Source of the DNA: Takakia lepidozioides | Taxonomy: Eukaryota > Plantae > Bryophyta | Length of the DNA stretch: 64,000 bases | Direction of reading: 5' to 3' | NCBI GenBank assembly: GCA_030704615.1 | Contig: CM060731.1 | Location: 23,312,001 to 23,376,000 of the forward strand | Shown: positions 61,027 through 64,000 of the stretch, one piece after another | How the letters are laid out: every line of letters starts with the position of its first letter | How positions within the stretch are numbered: the first letter of the stretch is position 1 | Notes under the pieces: model-generated | Database searches by the model: none | The model's input: only the letters and a program-made list of their open reading frames with translations | What the model was told of the DNA's origin: nothing | Program-made: the position numbers and the translations under genes

Positions 61027-64000
61027 GGAGGAAAAGAAAAGGATTGCAGCCTGAGAAGCAGTAGCAGCAGGAGGAAGAAGTGACTGAGAAGCCTGTTGAA
61101 GAAGACGATCCTTTCTACGAAGAAAGAGCGGCAAAGGCCCTTGTGTACCAGAAGGTCAATTTCGCGCAGGTGATCAAGTCTATGTTGGTACTTGGAGGCA
61201 AGATCATTATCCCTCTTTGCCGCCTAATATCAATGCCAATCGTTCGACCTCCCCTGACCGGAGATGTGTCCAAGTTGGAGCAAGACTTTAGTCATGGATA
61301 CATAGAGGGGTCTCCAGTGTTTTACGTCTCCTTGCGCGATGCCAGTGGACAGGAGGTCTTGGTGGACGAGTCAATTGTCAAAAGCTGGGATCCAATATGG
61401 CGAGAAGTAAACGAGGAGTTCGAAGCCTAGATTTCGAGAAGACTGTCCACACAGGTGTTTTCCGGGAAAATGTTTCATATTTGGGATGGCAATCACCGCT
61501 TCATGGCCTGGATGAACATCATAAACAAATATCACAACACAGACGAGGACTGGCACTACCTTGTGGCGTCCATGGTGCTGGATCCGAAAGGAAACGTCAC
61601 AGCACTTCTGACGGCTATGCATGACATCAACAAGTAAGTATAATGCTCACCCTTCATGCCATCAGAATTCTCCGATTTGTTCTGTCAGTTTTGTATTTCT
61701 TGGTGAAGGAGGAAGTCATAGTGTTTGTTTGGGACTGCAGGGGAACCGAAAGTGCACACGTGACGACAAATTTGGTCCACACTCTATTTAGGATACAGAA
61801 GGTGGGCCAAATGCCACTGGTCACGTTCAAAAACCTTATCAGTGCTGAGGCTTACAAGAAGTGCGGGACCTCCAAATCCGCTGACACATGCTACAAGCTC
61901 ACCAGGGAGGCTTTCTGTGACTACATGTACGCTGTAAGTATTCCTTCACTAGCTCTGTCTACTTGTTCATTCATAAAACCAGTTGACTAATAAGTTGTAT
62001 ACTGGAATGTTCAGCAAGAGATTGCGGAGGCTGGAGAGAAAGGGAAAGCAGAGTACTATGCCAAAAAAGACCCAGGGAGCGATCCTCAAAAGGAGTGGAA
62101 GAATATATGAACAAGGAGATGGAGGTGGCGAAGAGGCACTACATGAGCGCGTTCGTGAAACAACTCAGAATAGCCGACCTTGCTTTTGGCCCGGAGTTCT
62201 TGAATCAGGTCAGGATCCACTGGAACTTGAACACCAAGCCTGAAATGATGCAGGAGAAGCTTCATCGCCTGTCCACTGCCGTTGTGGAGCCAGAGAGGTG
62301 AAAGTGAAATGGCTTGAGATTTGGAACGCCGACCCCACAGTGAAAGATAACCACTGCTTTCCGAAGAGTGAGAAGAACAAGGAAACAAGAGTAATAAAGC
62401 AATTCAGTGACCATGTTCTCAATATGTGGCTGCACAAAGCCACGTATTGGGCACAGGTTTTTTCCTCTCCCCTTTCCATTTCCACTGCAAATCTGCATTG
62501 CACCGGGAAAAGTCACTTACTCTTCTTAAACATCTTTTCTCTGAATTGTAGAACTGTTCTTACGCAGATAGAGGCTCGGGCACAGCTGGTGCTGAAGAAA
62601 CAGCTGAACGATTACAAGATAACTATGACTCCACCGACGGATACTCTAGAAGACTACGTCCGCCAGTGGAAAGCAGCTTGCTTCGGCACTTGCTTCTTCA
62701 GGGAGTTCGCCAAAGATGGAGGCATCTCGCGCACTAACGACTTCGAGCAGCAGCATGGATCAGAACAGGCCATGAAGAGGGTTCTATACAGGTTCGTCTT
62801 GACACTCTTTTCCCACCCTTCTTTCCTTTCTCACGAAGTTTCGATTTCGTTGCAGCCCTGCTATTTTGAATAAACAGTCCCAAAACTGTGTGCGCTGACG
62901 CACTCAGTAAAGGGGTGGGCACTTCTGTGTCTCCCAAGCTCTCATTGTACATACGAATATCCGATCCTGTACTGAACCACACCTGCCCTGGCTTGTAAGT
63001 AGGGCCTGATTGGACAAACCAAAAATTGAGTGCGCTGGCGCACTCAGTCAAGGGGTCCTTAAACAATTATCTCACACTTTCCCCACTCACTAATATTCCC
63101 TCTGTTTTGATTGTGTAGGTACATCAAAAACGTTCTCATTCCAGGCCAGAACTTGAGTCGACACCCGCACTTTATTGACCTATGGTGTGATCCATCCAAC
63201 TCTCAGACAATGTACATTGCAGGGATTTTGAAGGATTACGGGACCTCGCATCTTTGAGACTACTGCTGGTATATGGATATCCCACGGTCTGGATGCCCTT
63301 GGTTTGAGTTTGTGACCCGAAATCAAAATGAGGCCTTGGCCCCTCTGACGGACAAGGAGTTGCACGAGAGAAACTTGAGGATATTGGCTGAGAAAGAGCC
63401 TCTTGCACAAAATACGCCAGTCAAGCCTAGAAAGGACAAGGGGGAAAGGGAAGGGTAAAGGGGTAGAAAAACACTCCGAATGAGAATGAGATGGAGTCCG
63501 TGGTGCAACCGGGGCCACTGCAGACCCCACCCCCAGCCAAAAAGCCTGACCGAAAGAAAAAGGGTCTTAAAGAGCCCTACGATGCAATGGAGCACCCATC
63601 TAGAATCATTTTTCCGGGCATGTGCGAGCTGGTAAACGACGGTTCCTGGCCATGATGGAGACAAGGAAGTCAAGTTACAGTGGTGATCCTTCCAAAACGT
63701 GGGACAAGCTCTGTGCTTTTCTCCAATCGGTAAGCAATTCTCATGCATGTGTTTGAGTTTTGTTTTCTTTGTTTTATTTTTGCTCGGATCAGAAAGGTCG
63801 CTTATAAAACATCTTTCCCTTCTTACACGCTATATTGCCTGCAGGCATGGAGGGGAAAGGAATCTTGGGTGAATGGTGCACTGAAACCGTTTGCTTCGGA
63901 GATGGTTATTGTGGACAGTCCGGACGGGCATCCAGTCCTGGATATTCTGCCCAGTGACACCTGCCCAACATGGAACAAATTTGACGAGAGGTATTGGAGT
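61027..64000 (+). pseudogene. Multi-exon gene with a ParB/Srx-like domain, divergent from the transposase, running off the window
   Basis: IPLCRLISMPIVRP..FYVS..MFHIWDGNHRFMAW..MHDIN|gtaag. There is an in-frame TAG at 61428 and further GT-AG exons to 64000. Confidence 0.65.

Overview
This is a eukaryotic, intron-rich nuclear window from a land plant. The highly repetitive PLS-DYW PPR gene and the transposon types suggest a non-seed plant, but the species cannot be determined from the sequence. Apparently intact genes are a NOC3 homologue (runs off the left edge), a three-exon LEA gene with a cluster of CE3/ABRE-like motifs upstream, a CCR-like reductase, an intronless GDSL lipase, a RIT1-type tRNA ribosylphosphate transferase and a GT61 glycosyltransferase. 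A PLS-E-DYW PPR editing-factor gene has an intact main exon but damaged 5' exons. The most striking system is that PPR gene. Its upstream exons encode tandem OSB-type PDF (ssDNA-binding) motifs that splice in frame onto the PPR-DYW deaminase. About 27 kb away, a non-autonomous CACTA element (TIRs plus GCT target-site duplication, inserted into a LINE) carries scrambled, tandemly amplified pieces of this gene or a close paralogue. The rest is heavily rearranged: four decayed SPT16 fragments, captured pyrophosphatase and GDSL pieces, nested inversions, and a large inverted duplication (GDSL/GT61) ending in a 500-N gap. There are two MULE-type transposase relics, and one has a divergent ParB/Srx-like (DGNHR) partner gene. 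Family assignments come from recalled motifs and manual reading; no database searches were run.
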